A stretch of 62,479 nucleotides of DNA, counting the filler, from Stramenopiles sp. TOSAG23-3 (Eukaryota): the NCBI GenBank assembly GCA_900128585.1. It is 8 parts of 8 records of this genome, joined end to end, with 100 filler letters (N's around TTAATTAATTAA, not from the genome) between each part and the next. Parts side by side here need not be neighbours in the genome. Positions count along the whole stretch, not along the records: positions 39,552 to 49,310 come from LT642884.1; positions 49,411 to 59,143 come from LT642885.1; 6 more parts are not named here. The stretch is one strand, 5' to 3'. A program made the translations under genes and the position numbers. This document shows positions 42,189 through 51,652 of this stretch, piece after piece. A model generated the notes under the pieces. It did no database searches. It was not told the origin of the DNA and saw only the letters and a list, made by a program, of their open reading frames with translations. How positions within the stretch are numbered: the first letter of the stretch is position 1; the number at the start of each line of letters is the position of its first letter.

Positions 42189-43553
42189 TTATAGCCTCCT
42201 AGTTCGTCCCAGAAATGTTTGATTGTCCTTTCGAGTGTGGTTGCTCCCTGCCAAGCGAGTGGTAATATTATGTGCTACCCGGGTCGAAGTGGACCGTACC
42301 GGCATGGGGTTCCGATCGCTGATGGGGGCCAGGAGCAGATTATTATTGGGGATCGTTAGAAACGAATACACTACCAAAACGAGCCAAAACGCCAAGGCAA
42401 GTTCTATCACAACGATCGTTCTCTCTGTTTTCCGCTGGCGTTCCTGGAGAGATTTAAAATCTGGGCGGCGATTTGTGATGGTCGGGACTCCTTCGAAGTC
42501 GGTCACAGCACCCAACAGCGGGGTGTCCTCTTCATCCTTTGAGGAAGCGTTGGAAAATTCAGAACTGGCATCGTCTGCGTCAAACACGGAGAAGAGACCA
42601 CCACCTTTTTCATCCGTCGACGCCCATTCCCCGTCTGCATGTTTGAAATAAGAGTATGCCGCGAACGCCAAAATGGAAGTTACGATGCCCAAATAATTTA
42701 TCATGGCCAACTCTTCATGGAAAACATGAGCGGACAGAAAAATAATAACCACCAATTTGACGTTCCCGACGATGGTACAAAACACAGAACCTGCGACGGC
42801 AGAGAATTTGTTCGTCACTAAGCCGTAAGTAAGTGCTAACACCAGGCCAGCGAACAGGAATGTCAAGCATTTGGACATGGAGTGCTTCGCGGCATATCTA
42901 TGAAAACCCTCCAGCTCGTAATGAGCGACCATCGGGATGCACCAGAAACTCACGACCAGGGCGCTTTGCATTGTGAGGTGCGCAACGATCCCCGACGTGC
43001 CCTGCAGTATGTACGCCGTCAAGCTGGTTTGCAGAGAGGCAAAAATTAAAGACAGGACCGCCAGGGTAACCCCTGTTGTGTTTGACCCCGGGTTGTGGTA
43101 CACTGAAAGCACGGCGCCAGCAACCGTGAAAATTCCCGCAGTGTAGACTTTGCACCTCGACTTCTTACCTTCCAAAAAATAAGCGAACAACATCACCAAC
43201 AGCGGGCCGTTGCACTTTATGCACTGGTTCAATGAAAGGGGTATGAACACCAGCGACGCGTTGTTCAAGATTATATTGAACCCAAACACTGTCCCAATAA
43301 TCACAGTCGGCCACACCAGCGACAGCGCACGCCCGGGCTTCAGCGGCGCCACGGCCCCCGAAAGAAACATCAACTTCAAAGTCAAGTAGACACCAGTTTG
43401 GTGGAAGAGCATAATCAACGCGGGAAAGTCAAACTTATGGTGTTGGAACAGATACTTTGAGTAAAAGTTGAAAATTATGTTCAGCCCCACGTAAAGCCCA
43501 GAGTACAAAACAACTGCCCCTCCCTTGCCACCACCGCCCTCATCCCGCTCCAT
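42189..43553 (-). CDS. Triose-phosphate/nucleotide-sugar transporter family (SLC35-like) with an extra C-terminal TM
   Basis: 'NFYSKYLF..FDFPAL', 'LNNASLVFIPLSLNQCIK', 'TIVGNVKLVVII', ~10 TM segments. Confidence 0.9.
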   Translation of the reverse strand: MERDEGGGGKGGAVVLYSGLYVGLNIIFNFYSKYLFQHHKFDFPALIMLFHQTGVYLTLKLMFLSGAVAPLKPGRALSLVWPTVIIGTVFGFNIILNNASLVFIPLSLNQCIKCNGPLLVMLFAYFLEGKKSRCKVYTAGIFTVAGAVLSVYHNPGSNTTGVTLAVLSLIFASLQTSLTAYILQGTSGIVAHLTMQSALVVSFWCIPMVAHYELEGFHRYAAKHSMSKCLTFLFAGLVLALTYGLVTNKFSAVAGSVFCTIVGNVKLVVIIFLSAHVFHEELAMINYLGIVTSILAFAAYSYFKHADGEWASTDEKGGGLFSVFDADDASSEFSNASSKDEEDTPLLGAVTDFEGVPTITNRRPDFKSLQERQRKTERTIVVIELALAFWLVLVVYSFLTIPNNNLLLAPISDRNPMPVRSTSTRVAHNITTRLAGSNHTRKDNQTFLGRTRRL

Positions 43554-44128
43554 ACCCAGGCAACACCCTCTCCTCTAAACAAAAGGAAAACGCACTCACA
43601 AGAAAGCGTGCTATGTGAAAATCGAATGTCGCTTTCTTTAAAATGTATCTAAACGAAAGCGTAAGGAATCACATAATCAAGGAAAACTTGTTGGTTGTGT
43701 TGATTTTTCTTTGTTTCTTTCTTTGTTTCTTTCTTCTCTTCCTTTTTAAAAAAAATATTAATAATATATTATTAATTATATTATTATTATTAAAATACTA
43801 CAAAAAAAAGAAGAAGAAGCGAAAAGAAGAAGAAAAATTAAAAAAACAAAAAAAAAAAAAGCTGCAATAATTTCGAAATCGTTTTCACATATCTCTAATA
43901 TGAACTAAATCCTTAAATATACGATTAGTCCTTAATTTAATATTTATTTTAATTTTTAATAGGGAAATCTGTGTTTAATAATGTATTTCTATTTCGTAGA
44001 CTAACTAACACGTCTACGACGTACGTATTCCTTCTCTCCTCATCAAACCGTTTCGTTGTAGTAATTGTCCCAACGGCCATTTTGACTTACTTCATTCTTC
44101 TTCTATATAATATTTAATTTAATTCTCC

Positions 44129-44295
44129 TCTTCTTCTTCTTCTTCTTCTTCTTTCTTTTTCTTCTTTCTTCTTCTTCTTTCTTCTTCTTCTTTCTTCTTC
44201 TTCTTCTTTCTTCTTCTTCTTCTTCTTTCTTCTTCTTCTTTCTTCTTTCTTCTTTCTTCTTTCTTCTTCTTTCTTCTTCTTCTTCTTTCTTCTTT
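44129..44295. repeat. Degenerate (TTC)n microsatellite
   Basis: Directly visible. Confidence 0.95.
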
Positions 44296-44719
44296 CGTCG
44301 TTATTATTATTTATCCAAAGCAAATGTCAATAATAAATATTTATTATTTTATTATTATTTTTTAGAATAAAAAAATAATATAAAAAAATAGGTAAAACCA
44401 TTTTTTACAATACTGTGTCTATGTTATTAATCGTCTAATAAAACAAATATAATATTTAAACTCTTCTTCTTCTTCACTCTCCTACTACTTTTACTACTCT
44501 TCTTCTATTCTTTGTTTTAAATAAATAATTGCAAGTTCACGTAACGAAAGAATATGAAAGAAGAAAAGGAATTTGAAACGATTCATGTTACAAGGATCAA
44601 AGAACGTTTAGGATAAAGACTATATATATTTATATTCTATCTGTTTTACGTTGAAGCATATACATATATAGTGTTGGAAAGAACACCACTACGACGACCG
44701 ATCGGCAGTATTTTCAAAT

Positions 44720-46219
44720 ATGCACGCGGACGGAACGGCATACAACAAGGGCAACAACCGTGGGGCAAAGGTTGGGAACTGGGTGGAAGAGAACGCCCTG
44801 GAGTCAAGGACAGGGAACCACCGCGGTTTCGTTGGACCTGCAAGGGGCACGTTTGACCGCGTTCTTGCGCACGACCAGGTTCAAGACTACAAAACGATGA
44901 AGAGTTTGAACTACGAGACGTTCTCTCGAAAGGCGCTCGTGAGCACCACACCCTCGAACGTGGGCCCAAGGAGCCGCCTTAGGGACCAGGAGATGATGAA
45001 GCGGGCGTTCGAAGAGACAAAAATGGAGGAGCCAAAACGCAGTTACTACACCACCTCGTCGGGAGACGCGTACGTGAAGCAGCCGTTTGTCACCAAAGTA
45101 GGCTGCCGCGTTATGAAGTCGTTGGACGGCCGCCCCATCCCGACCGAGGGGCGGGACAACGACTTCCTCGTCGAGTTCAATTTGACCCGCCCGAAGCAAA
45201 AAACCGGCGACGATGCTCTCAGGAGCGCCGTCCCGAGCGGTCACTACGCAAAGCAAGAGGTCATCACCATGTACACCCAACGAATGTCTGAAGGTGTATA
45301 TAGGTCGTCCGCCGGTGGCAGCGCCACCTCGTTTGGCCGCTCAGCCGCGTTCACGAACGACATGACGGACGGGCGCGTTGCACACTACGAGGGCACGGAC
45401 GACCACACCAACAAGGTCCGAGGGGCCCCACCACCGCCACGACCGATGGCGGGGGCGGCAATCAACATCCAGCCTCTTATCAATACAGTAAAGGCGAAAA
45501 TTTTGGAGCGTGCAGGAAACGACGGAATGCATGCTTTGGCTCGCCTGCTTCGCATGTTTGACGTTGATGGCAACGGCCGTTTGTCCCGCACTGAGCTTTG
45601 CGACGGGCTTCGAGACTCGGGGGTAGACCTGTCTGCTGCGCAGAGCGACCAGGTCTTTTCCTACTTTGACAGAGATCGCAGCGGGTTCGTGACCGTGGAC
45701 GAGCTGATGCGAGGCATTCGCGGCAATTTAAATGAAGCTCGTCAGTCCCTTGTCGACGAGGCTTTCCGCCGATTGGACAGGGACGGCAGTGGCCAAGTTA
45801 CGGTGGAAGATTTGAGGCAGGAGTACGACGTCTCCCAGCTCCCCGAAGTACGGTCTGGGAAAGTGTCCCCAGACCAAGCATTGGAGAACTTTGCTTCGCA
45901 ATGGGACAGCGGCGTGAAAGACGGCATTATCACCAAAGCGGAGTTTGATGATTACTATGCAAATCTAGGAGCTGCCGTCGAGAACGACCGGTATTTTGAA
46001 TTAATGATGCGCAATGCATGGCACATTTCCGGTGGCGTAGGTCAAGCCGCAAACACGACGTGCCTAAGGGTGCTCGTCACGCACAGCGACGGGATGCAAA
46101 CTGTAGAAGAAATTGAAGACGATTTAGGTATGCCACGGACGGATACGAACGCCATTAGAAAATTCTTGACGGACATCAAAGGTCTAAAGGTTGCAAAAAT
46201 CAGCCTTTGCGGTCCTTAA
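44720..46219 (+). CDS. Calcyphosin-like EF-hand protein with an N-terminal GNW-type extension
   Basis: EF hands DVDGNGRLSRTE, DRDRSGFVTVDE, DRDGSGQVTVED; calcyphosin C-terminus 'KDGIITKAEFDDYYANLGAAVENDRYFELMMRNAW'. Confidence 0.9.
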   Translation: MHADGTAYNKGNNRGAKVGNWVEENALESRTGNHRGFVGPARGTFDRVLAHDQVQDYKTMKSLNYETFSRKALVSTTPSNVGPRSRLRDQEMMKRAFEETKMEEPKRSYYTTSSGDAYVKQPFVTKVGCRVMKSLDGRPIPTEGRDNDFLVEFNLTRPKQKTGDDALRSAVPSGHYAKQEVITMYTQRMSEGVYRSSAGGSATSFGRSAAFTNDMTDGRVAHYEGTDDHTNKVRGAPPPPRPMAGAAINIQPLINTVKAKILERAGNDGMHALARLLRMFDVDGNGRLSRTELCDGLRDSGVDLSAAQSDQVFSYFDRDRSGFVTVDELMRGIRGNLNEARQSLVDEAFRRLDRDGSGQVTVEDLRQEYDVSQLPEVRSGKVSPDQALENFASQWDSGVKDGIITKAEFDDYYANLGAAVENDRYFELMMRNAWHISGGVGQAANTTCLRVLVTHSDGMQTVEEIEDDLGMPRTDTNAIRKFLTDIKGLKVAKISLCGP

Positions 46220-46364
46220 AAGAGCGTATGCACCGAAAAAGTAAATATTTGTGTGGCGCAGTGTGCGGTCCATGCACGCGTACGCCCCCAGTCGTTGAAA
46301 ATGTCGGGGTTAGTTTTATACGTATGATAAGAAAAAGTGTAACGTACGGTATATATGTACATCT

Positions 46365-46852
46365 AAAAACAAAAAATTGGCTGTTTTAGTATTTACGAAG
46401 CATCATGTGTATTTAAAGAAAAAAAAATCAAAATCTTTTTTTTTAGAATGCAAACCTTGAATGTCTAAATCTAGAGTTCAGTTCGCAGTACAGACAGTAA
46501 TTAAAAAATAAATAAATTATATAGTTTAACAGCCAATTTTCTTGCTTTAAATGATGAATCATTTAAAAAACAAGAAAATTGGCTGTTATTTAGTAATTAA
46601 ATCATTTTCCATTCGATGCGATGTTTGCTATTTTTATGCGGTTTTTGTCATTAAAAAATGAATTAGCTGAGTAGATTCATTTTCGCGGTATACAAGGAAG
46701 CTAAATTTTAATTACACTCTAAATAACAGCCAATTTTTTGTTTTTGAATGAATGTACTTAAATAACAGCCAATTGGGATAATCTTGAGAGTCTTAAAACA
46801 TACTATATAATTTGTTTTTTCATTAGGTTTTAATAACAGCCAATTTTCTTTC
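46365..46852. mobile_element. Largest palindromic MITE-like cluster (six IR copies; modules A', A, B)
   Basis: aattggctgt / acagccaatt copies at ~46376, 46529, 46577, 46726, 46765 and 46836. Modules are 42/45 and 43/45 identical to the 9297-9602 copies. Confidence 0.7.
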
Positions 46853-46918
46853 ATATAAAGATATCAAAACGCACGTGCGGGTGTGCCAGTAAATTTAGCT
46901 GACTATCTCTCTCCCTAG

Positions 46919-47965
46919 CTATTTTCCGGTTGCTATGATTTTCATTTCTCCGTCCGGAGTTTGCTTGATCTCGATTTCATTGAAGTTGTGCATGGGGTAA
47001 TGATTCGTTTCGTCGGTATCGCTCCACTTCCCTGGGGTGTTGAATGCAATGGCGATTCGCTCGTGCGTTTGATTGAAAGTAGTGGACACCCTGTGGCGAA
47101 GCCAACTGGGAAACATCACAAACTCGCCAGGCTGCGGGTGAATTTCCATATCGCTGTGAAAATTACTTCGCGGGTCCGAGAATGTCAAACTTCCCGCGTT
47201 TTCTGGGACCTTTACGTAGTAAACCCCACTGAAGCGAGCATCCTCGTGGTCATGTTCTTCATGGTTCATTTCGTACTTGTTCACGGCCGCCCAAGGATGG
47301 AACGACACTGCATCGTCTTCTGGGGATCGTTCCTTGAGCTCTTCTTCAGAGACGTGCACAGATTCTTCACCATTTTCGCCACTTCTCCCTTCCAAATAGT
47401 CCGAAACTATGTCCTTGAAATTCTTTTGTTTGCATTCACGGGCCATCACATCGTGAACTTGCTCACTGAGTCTCTTGAACGTCTTAAACTCTTTTTCCCC
47501 TCCAAAGTAATGGTCCCATCCACCAAGAGTCTGCCAGCGAAAGAAAGCACTGTTAATATCCCCGGCGGAATCGGCCCCTTTGGAAATTTTGTCGCCACTC
47601 AAAGAGCGCAAGAGGGGACTGTACTGCGCTTCAAACCTATTGTGCACACTCATGATCTTGTCAGTCAGGAATTTATTAAATCTTCTAATATCGATGGACT
47701 TATCCAATTGACGTATTGAGATCCTTAGTATCGGTACGCCCCAGCCATATACAATCCCGTGCCTGTTGCCCTGCATTGCATACTCATCAAAAATCCCTGA
47801 AAAGTCATCACTAGATCCAATATCCGAGTGCCCTGCTTCGATCTCTTCCTTTAATTCCTTTGCATAATCAAAGTCCTCAAGTGGTTCATCCAAAACCGCG
47901 CTTGAGACAGCCACGGCCAGCCCCAACAAAGCGCTTATTACCTTTATTACAAAATTGTTTCCCAT
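46919..47965 (-). CDS. Secreted 2OG-Fe(II) oxygenase (TIGR02466 / 2OG-FeII_Oxy_5-like)
   Basis: Signal peptide; 'WAAVN..HEEHDH..FSGVYYV..FSDPR..FPSWLRHRV..RIAIAFN'. Confidence 0.92.
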   Translation of the reverse strand: MGNNFVIKVISALLGLAVAVSSAVLDEPLEDFDYAKELKEEIEAGHSDIGSSDDFSGIFDEYAMQGNRHGIVYGWGVPILRISIRQLDKSIDIRRFNKFLTDKIMSVHNRFEAQYSPLLRSLSGDKISKGADSAGDINSAFFRWQTLGGWDHYFGGEKEFKTFKRLSEQVHDVMARECKQKNFKDIVSDYLEGRSGENGEESVHVSEEELKERSPEDDAVSFHPWAAVNKYEMNHEEHDHEDARFSGVYYVKVPENAGSLTFSDPRSNFHSDMEIHPQPGEFVMFPSWLRHRVSTTFNQTHERIAIAFNTPGKWSDTDETNHYPMHNFNEIEIKQTPDGEMKIIATGK

Positions 47966-48517
47966 AGGAGGAAGTATATATATATATATATATAGTCAGC
48001 GTTTGGAAGAAAAGTTAAAGCAACCCCTATACAGTCTTATCGAAAAAAAAGTGAAACAAACTCTTCCCGAACTTGTGTATGCGTGTATAATTTCTCCTAC
48101 AATATATTGGCAATCAATCGAACGGTTGAACGATTATTCGTTGGTTTGGATTTGTTAACAACGCGACCATATATAAAAGTACAGAAGAATGTAAGTTGAA
48201 TGAATGGCCAATATTATAATACTGAAGAAAAAAGAAGAAGAAGAAGAAGAAAGAAAGAAAGAAAAGAAGAACAAATGATTTTAGTCTGCTGCTGGCTGCT
48301 GCTATCCTAATTATTAGATCCGAAAATCGGTGAAGTGGTTGTATGCTATTGCCTGTACTTTTTCACTAGGCGCAAATGTCCAGGCACAAGAGCACCGACT
48401 AACTTTTTTGGGGGCATTTTTTGCTATACGGATTTATATAGGTAAATGTAATTACAAGTAGGGAATTTTTACCTTACGGAAATCGTTTAAGGGCAAAAAA
48501 CTTTTTAATTTATATTC

Positions 48518-49310
48518 TCAATTTTCCAAGTCTTCCTGCCTTTTTCCATTCTTCAATCGAAGAGTTTGTAATCCTTTCATCTCAGGCAACGCTTTGGACA
48601 AATGTGCTAGACCTGCATCGCCGAACTTATTTTTAGACAAAAGAAGATGTTGTAATAACTTCATCTCAGGCAACGCTTTGGACAAATGTGCTAGACCTGC
48701 ATCACCGATTTGATTATTATTCAACTGAAGATGTTTCAACGCTTTCATCTCAGGCAACGCGTTGGACAAATGTGCTAGACCTGCATCGCCGATGTTATTT
48801 CCTTCCAACTGAAGCCCTTTCAATGCTTGCATCTCCGGCAACACTTTGGACAAATGTTCTAGACCTGCATCGCCGATGTTATTTCTTTCCAAATGAAGAC
48901 TTTTCAACGCTTTCATCTCAGGCAACGCTTTGGACAAATGCTTTAGACCTAAATTGCCGATTTGATTATCTTCCACATCAAGCCTTTGCAATGCTTTCAT
49001 CTCAGGCAACGCTTTGGACAAATGCTCTAAACCTGCATCGCCGATTTGATTACCGATGCAGGAAAGCTCTTTCAATGATTTCATCTCAGGCAACGCTTTG
49101 GACAAATGTTCTAGACCTGCATCGCCGATTCGATTATGATCCAAATAAAGCCATTTCAATGATTTCATCTTGCTCAAATCGGGAGCCAAAAAATTGCAAT
49201 CATAGTCGGTTATTCCTTTATTTATAATGCGAAGTTTAGTGAAAGCACCCCCTTGCTTCCAAATTGGTACGTTTTCTTCGCCTACAACTCTACCCCAAGT
49301 ACCGTCCTCC
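48518..49310 (-). CDS. Ribonuclease-inhibitor-type LRR protein (28-aa repeats), 5'-truncated
   Basis: Frame open to the contig edge (EDGTWGRVVG...); seven full xLxxLxLxxNxIGDAGLxHLSKALPEMK units. Confidence 0.92.
48576..49170. repeat. 84-bp coding tandem repeat
   Basis: ttcatctcaggcaacgctttggacaaatg recurs with period 84 from 48576. Confidence 0.95.
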
Positions 49311-49410
49311 NNNNNNNNNNNNNNNNNNNNNNNNNNNNNNNNNNNNNNNNNNNNTTAATTAATTAANNNNNNNNNNNNNNNNNNNNNNNNNNNNNNNNNN
49401 NNNNNNNNNN
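49311..49410. other. Artificial contig linker
   Basis: N-TTAATTAATTAA-N, 100 bp. Confidence 0.98.
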
Positions 49411-49411
49411 T

Positions 49412-49487
<76 letters not shown>
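49411..49487. repeat. (TTCT)n microsatellite at the contig edge
   Basis: Perfect tetramer array. Confidence 0.97.
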
Positions 49488-49963
49488 AACTTATACGAAA
49501 ATTAAAAAAGGATTTAATCCTATGTATTGTAATTTACATATATTAACTGAAGTTATTGAATTTTATTTATATATATATTGGAATAGATTATATGTTGTGA
49601 TATAAAAATACTAATGCATGTAAAATACAATGATAGTAAAAGAAGCGAAGAAAGAAAATAGATTTGGTTGGTTTCTACGTTCTACGCTTCTCTTTTTTAG
49701 CACTACCATACGTACAACAACGGATATATTACCAAATTAGAATGTACAAAGTATATATATAATTAATTTGCTGTATGCATTTAAATTATGAACGCATTTT
49801 TCATCAGGTCATGGCATCTATGGCACGCTTGTTTTTTCTTATTGAAAATACATTATTGCCATTCTTTCTTTCTTGTTGCAGTTCTTGGAGGAACTGTTTT
49901 TTAAACTTTTTTCTTTGTTTGGGTAAAAGGGCCCTTTACCACGGAACTGTCACCGTGTACATT

Positions 49964-50995
49964 ATGTCCGCGTACCTCAACGAGAAGACGCCTCTTGGGC
50001 TGGTCGTGCACCACACCGTGCCCGACCCAGAATCCCGCGTGATGAGTCCGCTGACCCAGGCCATCCCCCCGCAAGGCGCGTTCAGCATATCTTCCTCCCC
50101 TCTCATTTCTGGAAAGAATAAGCCATCGTCCCCCGGGAGCCCTGTTAGAATGGGCAACTCGGAAGCCCTCATGTATTCTCATGGTAGTGTATCCCCCAAG
50201 CACTCGGCGAAAAAGCTTGCCAAGATGTGGGGCTATTCCAAGCAGGGGTTCAAGCGCCAAGCCGTCAAGCACTACAAGAACGCAATGCTGACCCCAAAAT
50301 CCAAGGAACCGACCGGGTTTTTGCGAAGCTCGAACCGTTTTGGCCCAAACAGGGAGTACAAGGCCCCAACGAACGAGGAGATTGCGAGTACATCCATTCG
50401 TGTCCGTTCCCCCAACAGCCCCTCCCTGTCGAGGTCCCCAGAGTTCTCCACAGCTGCACTATCAAACGAGTTATCGTTGTACGAGAAGCGAAACAACCCC
50501 GACCGCCAGTCCGTGCCGGTTCGGACGGCTCACACTGTCCAAACGGCACCCAGGGAGCGGCAATACCGGCACCCACGGGACATGGAACAGCGGTTGATCG
50601 TCGTGGAAAAGAGAAATGCTGAGCTAAGCGAAGCATTGAAGGTGACCAGGAACGAACTCTTTGAGACAAGGGAAAAATTAGAAGGCAGCGAAAAGAGGCT
50701 GATTTACGCACGGAAAAAAGAAAGCACCCTTTTGGTGCTTGTAAAGGACGTGCTGAACCGTTGGGAAAGGACAAAGAACTCTGGAAGCGGCAGCCTTGCC
50801 GATCGTTTGTCTGCAGAGAAATTGTCGGCAACGGTCGACTCCGTTTTAGGCCACTCACGCATGTCCGTGACGTCGCCGTCCTCGACCAAATCACCACGGA
50901 CGAAAACGTCGAACCAATACGGCACGGATGACATCAACAGAGAAATTGACAAAAAAATTAATGCTATCGAAGAGCTGCTGAAATTGTCTTCGTAA
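49964..50995 (+). CDS. Hypothetical Ser/Pro-rich coiled-coil protein
   Basis: The GC island begins near the ATG at 49964; coiled coil 'MEQRLIVVEKRNAELSEALKVTRNELFETREKL'. Confidence 0.75.
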   Translation: MSAYLNEKTPLGLVVHHTVPDPESRVMSPLTQAIPPQGAFSISSSPLISGKNKPSSPGSPVRMGNSEALMYSHGSVSPKHSAKKLAKMWGYSKQGFKRQAVKHYKNAMLTPKSKEPTGFLRSSNRFGPNREYKAPTNEEIASTSIRVRSPNSPSLSRSPEFSTAALSNELSLYEKRNNPDRQSVPVRTAHTVQTAPRERQYRHPRDMEQRLIVVEKRNAELSEALKVTRNELFETREKLEGSEKRLIYARKKESTLLVLVKDVLNRWERTKNSGSGSLADRLSAEKLSATVDSVLGHSRMSVTSPSSTKSPRTKTSNQYGTDDINREIDKKINAIEELLKLSS

Positions 50996-51467
50996 TAGCG
51001 GAATGCTTTCCCAGGTAAGTATATCATCGAACGAACTTCTTCCGCGTCGAACGCAACACTTGGATGAGGAATTTTAAAGCAATGATAGATCGCCAGCTTT
51101 TGGAAAAAAAAAAGCGCTGAACGACAACATAACACCACCGACAAGTTTCGCCGCGACGTTTCTTCTCTTTTTTCTTTTCTTCTGCTTCCCGATTCAGCGG
51201 GTGCAATCTAAGATCAATTGCAGCTAACAGCAAATTCCAAATCTTTCTTTTTTCCTATTAGTCGGTGTAGTAAAGGGGAAATCCTGCCAATCAATTGGCA
51301 AAAATTAGACGTTAGAGTTTAGCCCGGAAACGAGGCCATTTACATTTTACAAAACATTATTTCATAGAGCGTGAAAACGTGGAGAGAGAAAACGTTAATT
51401 CACACACAAATGCTAGTGCAAATTGCATTTGTGAGTTTTTATTATTTTAATATAAAAGATTTTTTTT

Positions 51468-51625
51468 TTAAAACAAGAAAATTAACAGTCAATTTTCTTG
51501 TTTTTTAAGAAAATTGGCTGTTATTTAGGGTATGAGGAAGCTAAATTTAATTACTTAAATAACAGCCAATTTTCTTGTTGTTTTTAAATTTAATTACTTA
51601 AATATCAGCCAATTTTCTTGCTTTT
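51468..51625. mobile_element. Internally deleted copies of the palindromic repeat family
   Basis: aagaaaattggctgttatttagggtatgaggaagctaaatttaattacttaaataacagccaattttcttg plus adjacent IR copies. Confidence 0.7.
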
Positions 51626-51652
51626 ATTTTAAGTAATGATAAAGTTTTTATT

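Noticed and set aside
46365-46852. CRISPR array made of the aattggctgt repeats
   Set aside because: Copies alternate in orientation with irregular spacing, and the intervening modules are shared between loci.
48576-49170. CRISPR-like repeat-spacer array
   Set aside because: The period is 84 bp, in frame, and encodes LRRs. The 'spacers' are homologous to one another, there are no cas genes, and the context is eukaryotic.
50900-51022. U1 snRNA on the minus strand (ATACTTACCTGG... and a TATTACGAAG loop-I lookalike)
   Set aside because: No stem I pairing and no loop II ATTGCAC. It overlaps a CDS and is better explained as a + strand splice donor.
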